From the NCBI RefSeq assembly GCF_009914755.1, contig NC_060937.1: 64,000 bases of DNA; one strand, 5' to 3'. The notes under the pieces were generated by a model. It did no database searches, had not been told where the DNA came from, and worked only from the letters and a program-made list of their open reading frames with translations. The number at the start of each line of letters is the position of its first letter. Position 1 is the stretch's first letter. Source of the stretch: the human T2T-CHM13v2.0 reference genome, Homo sapiens. The translations under genes were made by a program, and so were the position numbers. Positions 39,439-53,041 of the stretch are shown piece by piece.

Positions 39439-40974
39439 CTAGCCTTATCAAAAATCGGATAACTTTGACATTAGTAGCAGTCACCAGTTAACTAGGTCAG
39501 GTTCTAAAAGAAAAATAAAGTGGAAACAAAAATTGCTCAATTTTTTATGTCAGTTGAAATATTAAATTTGATTGACAGAGGCAGCAAATTCAGAGTAGTT
39601 CAATAAATGGAATTGTCTGACATGACCCAGAGTGCTCACTGTAAGTTGCCTGGAAAATAAGCTATCAGTAGTAAGGGAATGCCCCCTCCTCCCAGCAGGA
39701 GCTGCACCTAAGATAATCTTGCATGGGATTTTTGGTTAACCCCCATCATATATGCCACTCACCGTCAGTGGAGCTCTAAGATCACAATGTTGCTCCCGGT
39801 CTCCAGGGACAGATCAGCTGGTGTTTTCAGACAACTTTTAAATAATTGGCACCTTAGAGTTCTAGGTGTCAGGCAGTTTAGTTTTTACACCTCTTAGCAA
39901 AATTGTTTCCTAGTTTGTGCCAAAAACAATATGGAATATATGGGACAATATGGGTGGAGAGTGGTCCCTTCACTCGAATCAAGATCCAAACCATAAATCT
40001 ACCTCTACTCTGGCTCCAAGGTATGGAATGATAAGAGAATAGGAAGACTTTTGTCCTGACTCCTTTCTTTACTGACCATCAATTTGTGAGTTTTCTTTCC
40101 TCAGTAAAGCCCCTTCATTAACCAATGCCATGTCTCAGTTGAAGTCTATCCCAGACCTTAGTGCATGGCATATGAAGACTCATAGGGATAATAACAACAC
40201 TCAATGCATACATACAGACACACAGACACACACACCCACACACAAACACACAATTTAGCTGATTATATTTTGATGCATGCATGAGAACTTCGGGATATTT
40301 TCTTGAACTCAACATAATAGTAGATAAAAATTTTGAATTTTCCTTTTTGCCATGACGTGCAGAAAAGAAAGGAGTCAGATATATGAACCAATAAATTATG
40401 AAAATTCTTTAACTTCCCCACAGAAACACATAAATGAAAAAATAGAAGCTTGTTATTTGGACCTTTTCAAATATCCATGATTCAGATTTTGAAGATTAAA
40501 ATAACACATCAGTATCTTTATATCTATCCATATACTCACCTACTATATGTATATACACTTATAGTAAATACTATATAAATAGTAAGTGAATATACACACA
40601 TGTACATATACACACATATATACACAAATATAAAGGTTTACGTATAATCCAAGTGACATATGTATTTTTAAATATTTTTGAATTTGTATATAAATTTATG
40701 AGATATATTTCTGCTAGTTTCATATTATGTTGCATTTCAATATTAATATTGTTAATTTATTTTAGCGATTGTCTATAGTATAAAGTTATGCTAACACAGT
40801 TGTATTGAATAATATTGGACTCAAATTAAGCTGATTTTAGATCTATTTATTACTTTTTTCCAAACAGAATTTTCACTACACAACTGTGGCTATTCCTCAT
40901 ATGATTTCTGAAGTAATTTGAACATTCTTTTATATAAATACTAATAAGTGCATAAAATATATTTTATAAGGTCA

Positions 40975-41275
40975 TAAAAAGAGAGTATTAGTCAAAGAGT
41001 ACAAAGTTTCAGTTAGACTGGAAGAAAAAGTTTTAATGATTTTTTCCTCTGCATGTTGAACACAGTAATAATGTATTATATATTTTTAAGTTACTAAAAT
41101 TATATATTTCTAAGGGTCTCACCACAAAAAATAAGTTGTTGAGATGATGCATATGTAATTAGCTTGACTGAATCTTTCTACAATGTGTACATAGATCAAA
41201 ACACCACATTTTACCCTGTAAATATACACGATTATTTTTCAATTAAAAATAAATAAGTAAACAAATAATTAAAAA
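40975..41275 (+). mobile_element. L1MA 3' end
   Basis: gtcaaagagtacaaagtttcagttagac...ctcaccacaaaaaataag...tagatcaaaacaccacattttaccctgtaaatatacac. Confidence 0.88.
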
Positions 41276-42852
41276 AGAGCATTTGTGTTAATAACAATAT
41301 TTATTCTTGTTGAATCTGGGCTTAAAATTTTGACTTAAAGACATTCAAATATAGGTTTTAAACATCTGAGATTTACATATTATAGTAAACTAAACAAATT
41401 ACTGACAAAAAAAGTCCTGGGCTATATTCCTGACAATGTAGGAAACTTAAAATTATTTTCTTAATTTACTTATGATTGAAACATGTGGTAAACTTTTAGA
41501 TATGCTGAATGCAAGATTTTCAACAGTGTACTGTTTCTCAGAAACACACATTCTATAAGTGAAATTGGTATCTTATTGAGTCTAGGGTTTTATTATATGG
41601 CTGCTTCATGAGTCTCCATGCCTTATAGTAAGGGTTTATTAATTCATATGGGTAAGAATTCAAGAATTCATACTACATGTTTATTTCTAAGTACATGCTT
41701 CTAGCAAATCCTCTTAAATGAAATGTTTGAAGTTGGAAAGCTGAAGTGTTGCTTAAATAACTTAGTTAAAATAAGTACAATTACATCTTTAAATTAATAG
41801 AATTTGGCAGTCCAAGTGTTTATTTTGTATTATGTTAAATATAAACTGAAACCCAGAAAGTTTATGTGATTCGTGATGTTAGACAAAAACTTAAATCCAG
41901 AGTTTTCACTTCTCAGAGTTCTTTTAAAATGTTAATAAAGTGATATTTCAAAATGTAAATGCCCCAGTAATAGAATAAACCTGACTACATGTATAAATTG
42001 TGTCTTATGTTGTCTTTTGATAGGTTCTTGAAAATGTATAATTTTGTACATTATCTGGATTATTATGCATACTGTGGGAAAAAGCTCCTCTTCTACATCC
42101 AAGTCAAAGCTTAAGGTTCATAAATTCTTGGCAGACAAAAATAACAATGGATATATTCTCAGTTAGAAAGTGAGATAATTTGTCTTATTTCAAGACAGAA
42201 AAACATTCGTGACAATAGCCCATATCCATGCTCTCCACAAGGTGATGAATTGTCGAGTCTAAGAATATTCTACAACTCTAATATAAATAATCGAAGCTCA
42301 AATCTTTCATGTCAAAGTTATTGTGCATTCCTTTGGGTGGGTATTTTTGAAATTCTGTGTTTTACTTGGTAAGTATACTGGACCAGATGGTGATGTCAGT
42401 GAAAATGGTGAAGTAAGAAGCTCTAGAATTCTGTGATCAATAAAATCAATGTGAAAACCAGCAAAATTGTCAGAAACAATGTTTTCAGAGCTATTAAATT
42501 TAATCAAAGATTTTTTATAATAGAGGGAGAATTTCCTCAAGAGAAATTGCAGAATCTTGGTAAGAACTGTGAGATTTGTGGTATTTTAGCTTACCCTATT
42601 TTCATTCCACTTACTGTTTCTGTAGTAGGCTTGAAAATCAGCAATCTGCAAACATGGTGAAAATCCTTGTGCTGGCAACCATGGGAGGTGTCAAAACAAG
42701 GTTCAATTACATACAATAGGACTGCTATTATGTTGCTTGCCTGTTAGGTCCCTGGAAGATCTCATTTGCAAAACTGTCATTATTTGGTTTAATTTGGAAG
42801 TAACCCAGTACAAAAAGCTGTTTCTTCCAGGGGCATTTGTAAAAAAAAAGTT

Positions 42853-42892
42853 TATATGTATGTGTGTGTGTGTGCACACACACATATATATG

Positions 42893-42932
<40 letters not shown>
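42853..42932. repeat. Compound (TG)n-(CA)n-(TA)n-(GA)n microsatellite
   Basis: tgtgtgtgtgtgcacacacacatatata...gagagaga. Confidence 0.95.
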
Positions 42933-42933
<1 letters not shown>

Positions 42934-42934
42934 G

Positions 42935-43500
42935 CAATTATTTAACTTTGCAGCTTGCTGACGATATCGATAACAGTTGGAGCAAACAGTAGACTAACTA
43001 AAAGGCTAAAAAGTAAAATCTGGAGGATGAGATGTCTATATAAACTTTGAAAAACTCTGATGTATTCCTGGGAATCTATATGGCCACATGCATGCACAGG
43101 ACTGAGTACATGCCCAAGGCTCTCTGTCCATGCTTATAACAGACCTAGGAAAACAGTAAGCTCTCACCTCTGGCTTACCTTGAGTCTTCATATAAGCAGG
43201 AAATGAGGGCTAAGACAGAATTGTCAGACATTTAATTGAGTGTTGAAGACAAGCTTGAAGACACACACAAAGCACCTCAGCAAAGATTAGGAGAATATTG
43301 GTTCTACACATTTAACCAAATTTCTGTCCAATAATTTACAGTCCACTAAGCTACTGAGCATAGATGTAAATGATCACATGTAAAAAATAACGTAGTCTTT
43401 GCAGAATTATTCAGTAATTAAAAAAAAAAGCAAAAAACAAAAACAAAAACAAAACCCAACAACAACAACCACCAACATTGTTAAGGGCATATGAAGAAGA
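42935..43500 (+). mobile_element. L1M 5'-region fragment
   Basis: actttgaaaaactctgatgtattcctgggaatct...ggccacatgcatgcacaggactg...gctctcacctctggct. Confidence 0.6.
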
Positions 43501-43508
43501 CCGAAATA

Positions 43509-43822
<314 letters not shown>

Positions 43823-44474
43823 GCCTAAATCAATGGAAAGGATTACAATTTTATGAATTGGAAGTCTTAATATTTTTAAGATAGTTAAATTTCTTTGATC
43901 TATAGATTTATTGCAGTTCTATTAACAACCCTGATGTATTTCTATAGGAATTGAGAAGCAGATTTTTAAATTTATATGGAGATGCAAAGGACTTAAGCAG
44001 CCAAAACAAACTTTTTTATTATTATTTTTTTTTAGAATAGAGTTGGAGAACTCATATTTCCTGATTTCAAAATTTACTACAGACCTACAATAACCAATAT
44101 ACTGTAGTACTGGTAGAAAGATAAACAAATAAATCAATTGAATAGAATTAAGAGTCCAGAATATTCTCTAAATATTTACTGAAAATTAATTTTTGACAGG
44201 GTGTCAAAACAATTCAATAGAGAAAGGATAGTTCTTTAAAATGGTTTGGTATGACTGGATATCTGCATACAAAAAAGTAAAACTGGATTTTTATTTCACG
44301 CTATATATGGAAATTAATTTTAAAAAGACCAGTGCCCTAAATATGTGCTAGAACCAGAAAGTCTTAGAAGAATACATAAAGAACAATCCTTATGATCTTG
44401 GATATAACAATAGATGCTCAGATATGATACATAAAGCAAGATTAACAACGAAAACAGATAAACTGAATTTCATC
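43823..44474 (+). mobile_element. L1M ORF2 segment (sense)
   Basis: aaatttatatggagatgcaaagg...cctgatttcaaaatttactac...gataaactgaatttcatc. Confidence 0.85.
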
Positions 44475-44515
44475 TTATAGTATTTTAAGATTATGACGTC
44501 TTCATTTAATTCCAA

Positions 44516-44790
44516 TAAATAAGAGTGGGATTACTAGGTTATATGGTAAACATATGATGAAACACATTTTTGTATTGTAAGTATATGACTGTGTGTTAAG
44601 TATATAATTATATGTAAACCCATTTGTTTTCTTAAGTGGTTGCACAATTTTGTGTGTCCACCAGTATTATATAAAAATCCCAGATGCTCTGAATCCAGAC
44701 CAGCACTGTGTATTTTTACTTCTTAGCTGTCGTTTTTGTTGAATCCCCAACTGAGAAGTGTGTGAAGTTTCACTGTACTTGTAAATGCAC
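44516..44790 (-). mobile_element. L1M ORF2 C-terminal segment (antisense)
   Basis: gagtgggattactaggttatatggtaa...aagtggttgcacaattttgtgtgtccaccag...ccagcact. Confidence 0.75.
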
Positions 44791-45169
44791 AAAACACAAT
44801 CACACATAACTCAAAGTTTTATCCTCCTTCGAAATGTAAACTCATAGGGAGATGACTCTCTACTTCCCTCCGGAGGTCACAAATTTAACTTTTATCAGTG
44901 TATCCCATAACTTTCATGACAATTGTCCCTAATGCAGTATGTAAGCACCTGTTTCTGAAGGAAAAACAAGTTTTGTTATCCTTTGGACAAAAGTAAATGT
45001 TCTAAAAGGAGGCAATTAGTTGTAAGCCTAAAAATGATGACATGTGAGTAAAGAAATGCTTCTGGGAAAACAAATGCAAATATCGTCTATCTTTATAAGA
45101 TTTACATTTCATCACTAAAGAGGCCGGAATTTTCTAAGAACACTATGACTTTCAGCAAAAGTGTGTTGT

Positions 45170-46385
45170 CCTAGTTTTTTTACAGAAGGCTTTCATCAGT
45201 TTGCAGAAGTTCCCTTCTATTACTAGTTTTCAGGCAGCATTCATCACGAATATATACCGAGTTTCAGCCAAAGCTTCTACTACGTACAGTGTGATGGCAT
45301 GATTTTGGTTTGGTTTTGTTTTATAACATGTTCTTATGGTAACATTGGTTACTTTTCAATATTGAAACCTGAGATAAACCACAATTGATCACACTGGAAG
45401 TTTGTCAATATGTATTTCTGGATTTGATTTAAAAGTATTTTGTAAAGAAATATTTTGTGACTGTATTCATCAAAGTTATTGTTCTACAGTTTTTAAAATA
45501 TATAGACAGGTATTGTCTTTATCTGGTTTTGGTATAATAATGTTGGATTTATAAAATGAGATGGAAATATTTTGCTTTTCTTTTACTTTTGGAAGAGTTT
45601 ATATAAAACTGGTATAATTTGTTCCCATATGATTTGTATATATTGCTAGTGAAGTCATTTGTACCTGGGATTTTTATCATTCTAGAATATTATATTTTTC
45701 TTCTCTAATAGAAACATGTATGTTGTAAATATCTCTTTAAGCATTGCTTTATCTGTATCCCCAAAATATTACATCATATGTTTATTTTCATTTAATTCCA
45801 AGTGTTTTTTTATTTCTCTCAAGATTTTTTCTGGGGTTTATGATATATTTAGAAGTATACTGATAATATCCAATTAATAATTTTATAAGCACATGATATG
45901 ATTGATTTTTAATTCAATCATGATCCAAAAACATAGTTTGTAGATTTCTATTATAATAAATTCTTTGAGATTTTATATACCAGAATATAAATTATATTGA
46001 TAAGTATTCCACATGAACTTGAAAGGGAGTTGTATTCTGATATTTGCTAGGGTATGCTGCTTATATCAACTAGGACAAATTTTTAACACTGTTTTTCAAA
46101 CACTGTTTACCAATTCCCAGTCTATATATTGCAGTAATTACTGAGAGAGGTTTGTTGAATTTCCTAAATATAAAGGTGGATTCTTATATTTCACATTTTA
46201 CTCTTATTAGTTTTTATCTTATAGTATTTTAAGATTGTGATGTCTTCTCTTTTTGGTGAGATTTTATGTACCAAATTCTACTTTGATAGTAATATAGCCA
46301 ATTAATTTTTCTACAAATTTGTCTTAGAATGGCATAGGTATTTTAATTACTTTGCTTTAAACTTATCACATCTTTATATAAAAAT
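45170..46385 (-). mobile_element. L1M ORF2 mid/N-terminal segment (antisense)
   Basis: gaagttcccttctattactagttt; tctttatctggttttggtat; attccacatgaacttgaaag; taccaaattctactttgatagtaatatagcc. Confidence 0.8.
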
Positions 46386-46389
46386 AGGT

Positions 46390-46535
46390 ATATGGGTAAA
46401 AAATTAAAGTTATACAAAGTGACAAAGTTCTAGAGATGTGTTGTATAACATTGTTCCTATAGTTAATAAGTTATTGTATACTTAAAATTCTGTAAAAAAA
46501 AATGGGTCTCATCTTAAATGTTCTTACCACAAACA
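46390..46535 (+). mobile_element. L1MA/MB 3' fragment
   Basis: aagttctagagatgtgttgtataacattgttcctatagttaataa...tctcatcttaaatgttcttaccacaa. Confidence 0.75.
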
Positions 46536-46564
46536 AATCAACAAAACAAAATAGAAAACACAGT

Positions 46565-46721
46565 TGTTCAGGGAGGCCAGTCTTTTTGTTCTAGTCAGGC
46601 CTTTTACTGATTAAAAGAGGTTCTCCCACATGAAAGGCAGTCTGCTTATTCAAATGTCACCAATTTAAATGTAAATTTCATCAAAAGAAACCCTCCATGT
46701 TGACACAAAATTAACCACCAT
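46565..46721 (-). mobile_element. MLT2 (ERVL) LTR fragment
   Basis: gtctttttgttctagtcaggcctttt...caccaatttaaatgtaaat...gttgacacaaaattaaccacca. Confidence 0.75.
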
Positions 46722-48219
46722 ATCTGCTTTCTCATCCACCAGAGATCACTGAGTTTCTTTTACTTTTCCCCAAACTTTATTATTTATTTGTTTTTACTTA
46801 AAATAATTTCTTTTCATTTATTCTCAACTATACTGACCTTTTATTCTGCTATATGTAAAGTACCATTTAGTTTAGCCAGTGAACTTAGATTTTCCATAAT
46901 CAAATTTCTAAGAGTAGAACCTCTAAATTGATAGAAAAAAAAGAACTTTGATAACTTAGATTATATTCTAAATTGCAAGTAAATTATATTGTAGGTATGT
47001 AAGAATAGAAAGGAAACAATATGTTTATATAAATGTGAAATAAATTGTTTTTCAGCTATCTGCTGCACCACTTACCTTTTTCCCAAAGTAATCATTACTC
47101 TTCTTGCATAGAAATAATTAAATCAAATGGTAAAATTTAAACACTATAATTTTGAAATTATATTTACCTACAAGAGTTTTAAAATACTCACTATTCCTTA
47201 AAATACTCACTACTCTTCCAATAATTATTCCTTCATGATTGTGTTTTTCCAACTCAACATTGTGTTAATCTATATCAAATAACTAAGTTATTGGCTTTGA
47301 TTTAGAATGTCTGTATGGCTTTCTCCCAAAAAAGCACTCTGTGATTTTTTTTTCTTTTTGCTTTACTCAATAAATTCTGATGAATTTATATAAAAGCATT
47401 GCTATTTATCCTGAGAATCAGAAAGAGATTGTCTATGTTAATTATGCCCTTGAATGACTAATGCATAATATCAAATAGGTGAAGAACAAAAAATGAGGAA
47501 CAATAAATAAAGAAGTCATGTGAGTTTTAAAAGACTTCTTTAAACTACTAAAAGTAATTTGCCACTCACCACAAAATAGCCTGATGAACACTTCTAAAAT
47601 TAATAGTGAGCAAAAATGTTTTTAAAAGTGCTAAGTGTTCTCTACAGGAACTACATAATAGAATAAAAATTACCCCAAAGACTTATAACAGTAAAGCATA
47701 AAAGAGTAATTTAATTTGGATTTTCTTTCTGATATCAGTTAGAATGATATTTGATTATAATTAAAAACTTAAAAAAATACTTTTTAGGGGAATCAGAATT
47801 ATAATATATTTAGTGGTTTGCCATTTCTCAGACTATGGATTCCCACAGTTCTTCTGCACAACAATCAGATTAAGTCAATGATAAATATGCTAACATGAGA
47901 AATCAGCTAAAAACTTATCAAGTAAATGATCTATGGAGAAATATGACAAATTTGCCAAGAAAACTTTCTCACAAATCCTTGTAATTTTTAAAGAAGACAA
48001 CCATATTTTAAATTAATAGTTAATGAGTATCAATTTACTTTTGAACATCAGTCAAAAGCTTTTGAGAATTATAATAGTACATTACTGCTGTATGGTTAGG
48101 GAGAAAATAGTGTATCGAAATCACTGAGAGGCATTTATTTATTTATTTATTTATGCAGGCATGCTTACTCAGGTCCAGTTTATATACAGTCTGCTAAAAT
48201 TTGTGAAGAAGATTTCCAT

Positions 48220-49610
48220 TAAGTCAAAGAGGAGTGTAATTCTCTCAACTCTTTCTACAAGACCAGCATTACCCTAATATCAAAACCAGATAAGGGCACA
48301 CACAGACACACAAACACAGACACAAACACACAAACACACACACACACACAAATAAAACTAGATGCCAATATCCCTGACAAACATAGACATAAAAATCCTC
48401 AACAAAATACTAATATACTGAATTCAGCAGGACATCAAAATGATAATTCACTATGATCAAGTGAGTTTTATTCCAGGGATGCAAGCATAGTTCAACACAT
48501 GCAAGTCAATAAACATAATATATAACACTAATAAAATGAAAGATGAAAACCAAATGATCATCTCAATAGAAGTAGACAAATACCATTTGATAAAATACAT
48601 TTATTCATGATAAAAACTCTAAACAAACTAGGCATAGTTGAACCATCGCTCTACATAATAAAAGCCATATAAAACAAACCCACAGCCAACATCATGCTAA
48701 AGGGGGTTAAAGCTAGAAGCCTTTCCCTTAAGAACTAGAATAAAATAAAGATGTCCACTTTCACCACTCCTATTCGACATAGTACTGGAAATCCTAGCCA
48801 GAGCAATCAGGCAAGAAAAATATATAAAAGTCATCAACATGGGAAAAGAAGTTAAATTTTTCCTCTTTGCAGATGATATATCTAGAAAATCCTAAAGACT
48901 CCATCAGAATACTCTTAGACCTGATAAGTAAATTCAGATCTGGTAAATTCAGCAAATACTTCATATACAAATTATTGTATTTTTCAAGATACAAAAGTAA
49001 CATAAAAGAGCTGCAGCATTTCTAAACACTGACAATGAAAGAAGCAAGAAAAAAAATCAAGAAGGCAATTCCACTTACAACTGCTACCAAAAAAACAAAA
49101 AATACCTAGTAATAAATTTAACCAAGAAGGTAAAATACTTCTACAAGGACAACTACAAACACCAAAGAAAAAAGTTGAATAGGACACAAACAAATAGATA
49201 GGCATTCCATGCTCATGAATTAGAAAAATTAATATCATTAAAATGACCACTCTATCTAAAGAAATCTGCAGATTCAATGTAATCCCTATAAAAGCATTAA
49301 CATCAATTTTCACAGAAATAGAAGAAATAATCTTAAAATTCTCATGGAAAAACAACAACCAAAAGCCAAATACCCAAAGCAATCCTGAGCCAAAGAAATA
49401 AAGCTGAAAACGTTGCACTATCTGATTTCAAATTGTACTACAAGGCTACATTAACTAAAACAGCATAGTATTGGTTTAAAAACAGACACATAGACCAATG
49501 GAATAAAATAGAGAACTCAGAAATAAAAACACATACTTACGGCCAATTGACTTTTGACAAAGGAGTTAAAACATACAACAAGGAAATGACACCTTCTTAA
49601 ACAAATGGTA
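48220..49610 (+). mobile_element. L1 (L1MA/PB-like) ORF2 RT-region fragment, decayed, with a (CA)n tract at ~48297-48350
   Basis: cagcattaccctaatatcaaaaccag; aaaatcctcaacaaaatacta; ctctttgcagatgat (LFADD); gatttcaaattgtactacaaggcta. Confidence 0.92.
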
Positions 49611-49639
49611 GTCTGGTGTGGTAAAACCACTGGAGTTTT

Positions 49640-50090
49640 CTGGTAGTGAGTTGAATGATATTATTTGACACAGAATTTTAAAGAACCCATTTGTTGCTAT
49701 ATAGAAAAACAATCTATGTGAAATTGGGCAGGGATGAAGTCAAGGAGAGTACTTCTGTAGTAGTCCAAAATGAGAATTCGGGGTAAAATAGTAGAAGTGG
49801 TAGGGGATAATGAGTTCAAAATATATATTTTAGGTACCTTGAAATGTTTTGTAATTGATTGCATAAAGTATATACGAGAAAGGAGGAGTCACGAACGGCT
49901 GTAGTTTATTTAATTTGAGCAACAACAAAGTAAATTGTGGGGTCAATTATTAAGACGGGTGACAAATATAGAAGTAGCATATTACGAGGTATATTCAAAG
50001 GTTGTTTTAGACAATTATATTTTGCATTGTTGATTTGGGAAGAGTAATTAACAAATTGTCAGAAAAGCAAAATATATGAAAATCTGTACC
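49640..50090 (-). mobile_element. L2 fragment
   Basis: ctgtagtagtccaaaatgaga...gagaaaggaggagtcacg...ttaatttgagcaac. Confidence 0.55.
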
Positions 50091-51901
50091 AAGACATGTC
50101 AATATCACAATTCTGTTTATTTGGTATTTTTACAGTGATGATCTTAAAAAAAATAATTTCCACAAAAAGGATTTTATTTGTTGTGACTGACTTCTTCATC
50201 TCATAAACCCTTAATAATTTTAATTTGCTATTTTCAGGTTTATTTTTCTATCAAAATATTTGTGTGAAGGTCATATAAATACCAGAAATTATCAACCCAG
50301 AAATAAGAAGCATAATTTTGCATGTAGCTTATATAGGCTACTTTGAAAATAAAAATGCTCAAATATTAATTTTATAGCCTATTATCTCTTTTTGTTAATG
50401 TAATTTAATATCACCACATTATTAGTATATTGGAAAAATGGAAACATTAGTTGTGAACTCCATAGACCAAGCACTCAATATTTCACTTCTTTTAGACGAC
50501 AATGACAGTTGTTCAACATCCCCATCTACATCTATTGTAAAGGATCCATGGGCTTTGCTCAGGCAGCAACCTAGCCAGTCCCAGGGGAAGAATCATGATT
50601 TGTCTAATTCATTTAAATTTATCCAGCAATTCTTGTAATTGGGAGGAGAGAAGGGAAAGGAGATTAGCAACAGAACCCAATAATGCCTAACAAGATATTG
50701 TGCCAAGGTTACTGCTTTCTTGCTCTTTGCTAGCTTGAGATTCCCCAGGGAAGTTTCTCTGGCTCTTTTTTTTTTTTTTTTTTTTTTCTCTGTAAGATAC
50801 TTAGAAGTAATCTGGGCCTGGAACAGAGGAAATTATTCTCCAAGTTTTTGTCTCACCTGTGCTTTGTGTCCTGCAGTGCCTACAAATGTGGGAATTTTCT
50901 CCAGTTTGAAAGTAAAAATTATCAAGCTCCTGCTTCTCATTTCCTATGGGCAAGCACTTACATTCAGCAATGCTTATTGACTAATTCTTCATCCACTTTT
51001 TATATTTCCAAAGTTGTTGGCATTCTTTGTCTATTGTTAGCTCCCATCTAGTATAATTTTCCCATATGTTTTTACAACATTGATTATATATTTGCATTTT
51101 GATACAGTTTTGGGAGAAGAAAGATTTTAAAATATTTGATTTCAAACTAAATATTTAATTAGAAGTACCTATTGAATATTATTTATGAAATATTCAGTGA
51201 GTTGGCAAAAAAAGCTAATAAACTAATAACCCAAAACACTGTTACTGTACATGGAAAGCTATTTTTTAAAGTTAGACATTCTCAAAATAGTAATGTTCAG
51301 ACTATCTTAATGGTATAATTTAATCACGTATTACAGGTAACAAACCATGGAATATCATGTAATAAATCATTAATGGGATTTTATCTGTTTCACTGATTTC
51401 AATTTCTAGAACTCATTGTGCATTTTTTTCCATGATTTCTTTTTAAAGCATTAGGAAATAAAAGTGTTTGCCAGAAAAGGATATGAAATGTTGGATGGCA
51501 CTGTTGGTCTCATTTCAATTTTGAATACTCTATTGTATTTATGTGATTTGTGAACTGCATCTATATTGGAAATTAAAATGGAAGCATTTTGGCAAAAAGG
51601 TTTGATTCTTTTATAAAAGTCTGCATGTATAACTTAAATTAGAATTTGGTGACCAGGCCAAGACAGAATACAAAATGGGATTACTTATGAACTTTAAGTG
51701 AACCAAGAATGCTGATGTAAAAGGTCAATTAAAATAATGCATGTTATGGAATCTGTTGCTGTGAAAATGCAGGTGTCACATAAGATTCATTCTAGGTGAA
51801 ATAGCGGTGGATTTTTACTGCTTCTAGAGGAAAAACTGGCAAATTTTCTAGTAACATCGCATGCCAAACATCACAAGTTTGAGTGGTACAATCTATAGCT
51901 G

Positions 51902-52873
51902 TGATGCAGGATTTTTCTTGGCCCCATCCTTAAACTCACAGCAGGGGTGCCCCCTCTACTCAGCCTGCTGCACTCATCCCCTTGCAGGAGGGAGCACATG
52001 AGTGAGTTAAGTGCAGGACCTGGCTGGCCTCTCCAGGTGCCAACACAGGAGCAAGCTCCATGCGGGGCCCATAGCCAGACCAGGTGTGTCACCTCGAGGG
52101 GAATGCAGTGGCACCCAGATGAGGATGCTCGGCACCCAGAAGCCCTAGAGTGGGTATTACAGTGCTCTTTTAGTTCTGCCGTTCACGGTCTGATGGACGG
52201 CAGTGTTTTAGCAGCTCAGTTGGTCCCTTGCCTCGTTGCGTGGGGTGGCGGCCCTCTGCCTGCAAGGGCAAAGGGCCAGTGTGAAAGCCTTTTCTAGGTA
52301 GCTGTACTTTGTGGGTCGCGAGCTCTTGTCCAGCATCCAAGAAGAATAGAAGTCACTTGGATAATTGAAGGCTGGTGAAGGCAGATAATTTTATTGAGTG
52401 ATGAAACGGCTCTCAGCAGAGAGGGGAGCTAGAGAGGGGAGCTAGAGAGGAGAGCTGGAGAGAGCACAGGAGGGGCAGTTCATCTTTTCCGAAGTCAAGT
52501 TGTTTCTTTCCGGAGTCAGGCCGTCTCCCCCTCTACCAACTGAGTCTGGGATCTTTATAGGCACAGGAAGAGGAGTGTGTACTGATTGGCTTGTGAGTAT
52601 GCAAAAAAAGGTTAAAGCAAAGCCACCACTCAAAGGTGGGCATGACAATGTAGAAAACCAATTAGGAAAGGGTAGATATATGTAAAATAGGTGAAGGGTG
52701 GGGATCAATCAGAGGAATGTGTGCCAAACAGGAGGACACGTTCTCAATCCAGTCTAAGGATTTACTTCTAGTTTGGCTTTCAGGCTTTAAACTGTCTTCG
52801 GCTTAGAGGTGGGGTTTCACTGGGCACCTGCCCCTTACCTGCCTAGGCATTTGGCTGCCTTCTGTCACTACCA
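51902..52873 (-). mobile_element. ERV1 solo LTR of the MER52/LTR27/LTR28 group (~970 bp)
   Basis: tgatgcaggatttttcttggcccc...cctaggcatttggctgccttctgtcactacca; TG..CA termini; TSD gctg 51898-51901 / 52874-52877; tttatt (AATAAA on minus) at ~52390. Confidence 0.88.
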
Positions 52874-53041
52874 GCTGCACTGTTTTTTCTAAAAAAAACA
52901 AAAACAAACAACAACAAAAAAAACAAGCACACAAAAATCTTAAAATTCTTTAGTAAGAACTAGTACTAGACACATTATTATTATTAATAAAGAGGATACA
53001 TATGTTGTTACTAATAAATACTTATAGGAATAGTTAATAAT

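Noticed and set aside
39688-39703. CTCF-like ccagcaggagctgc
   Set aside because: Lacks the GGCGC-type core, so the match is too weak without ChIP data
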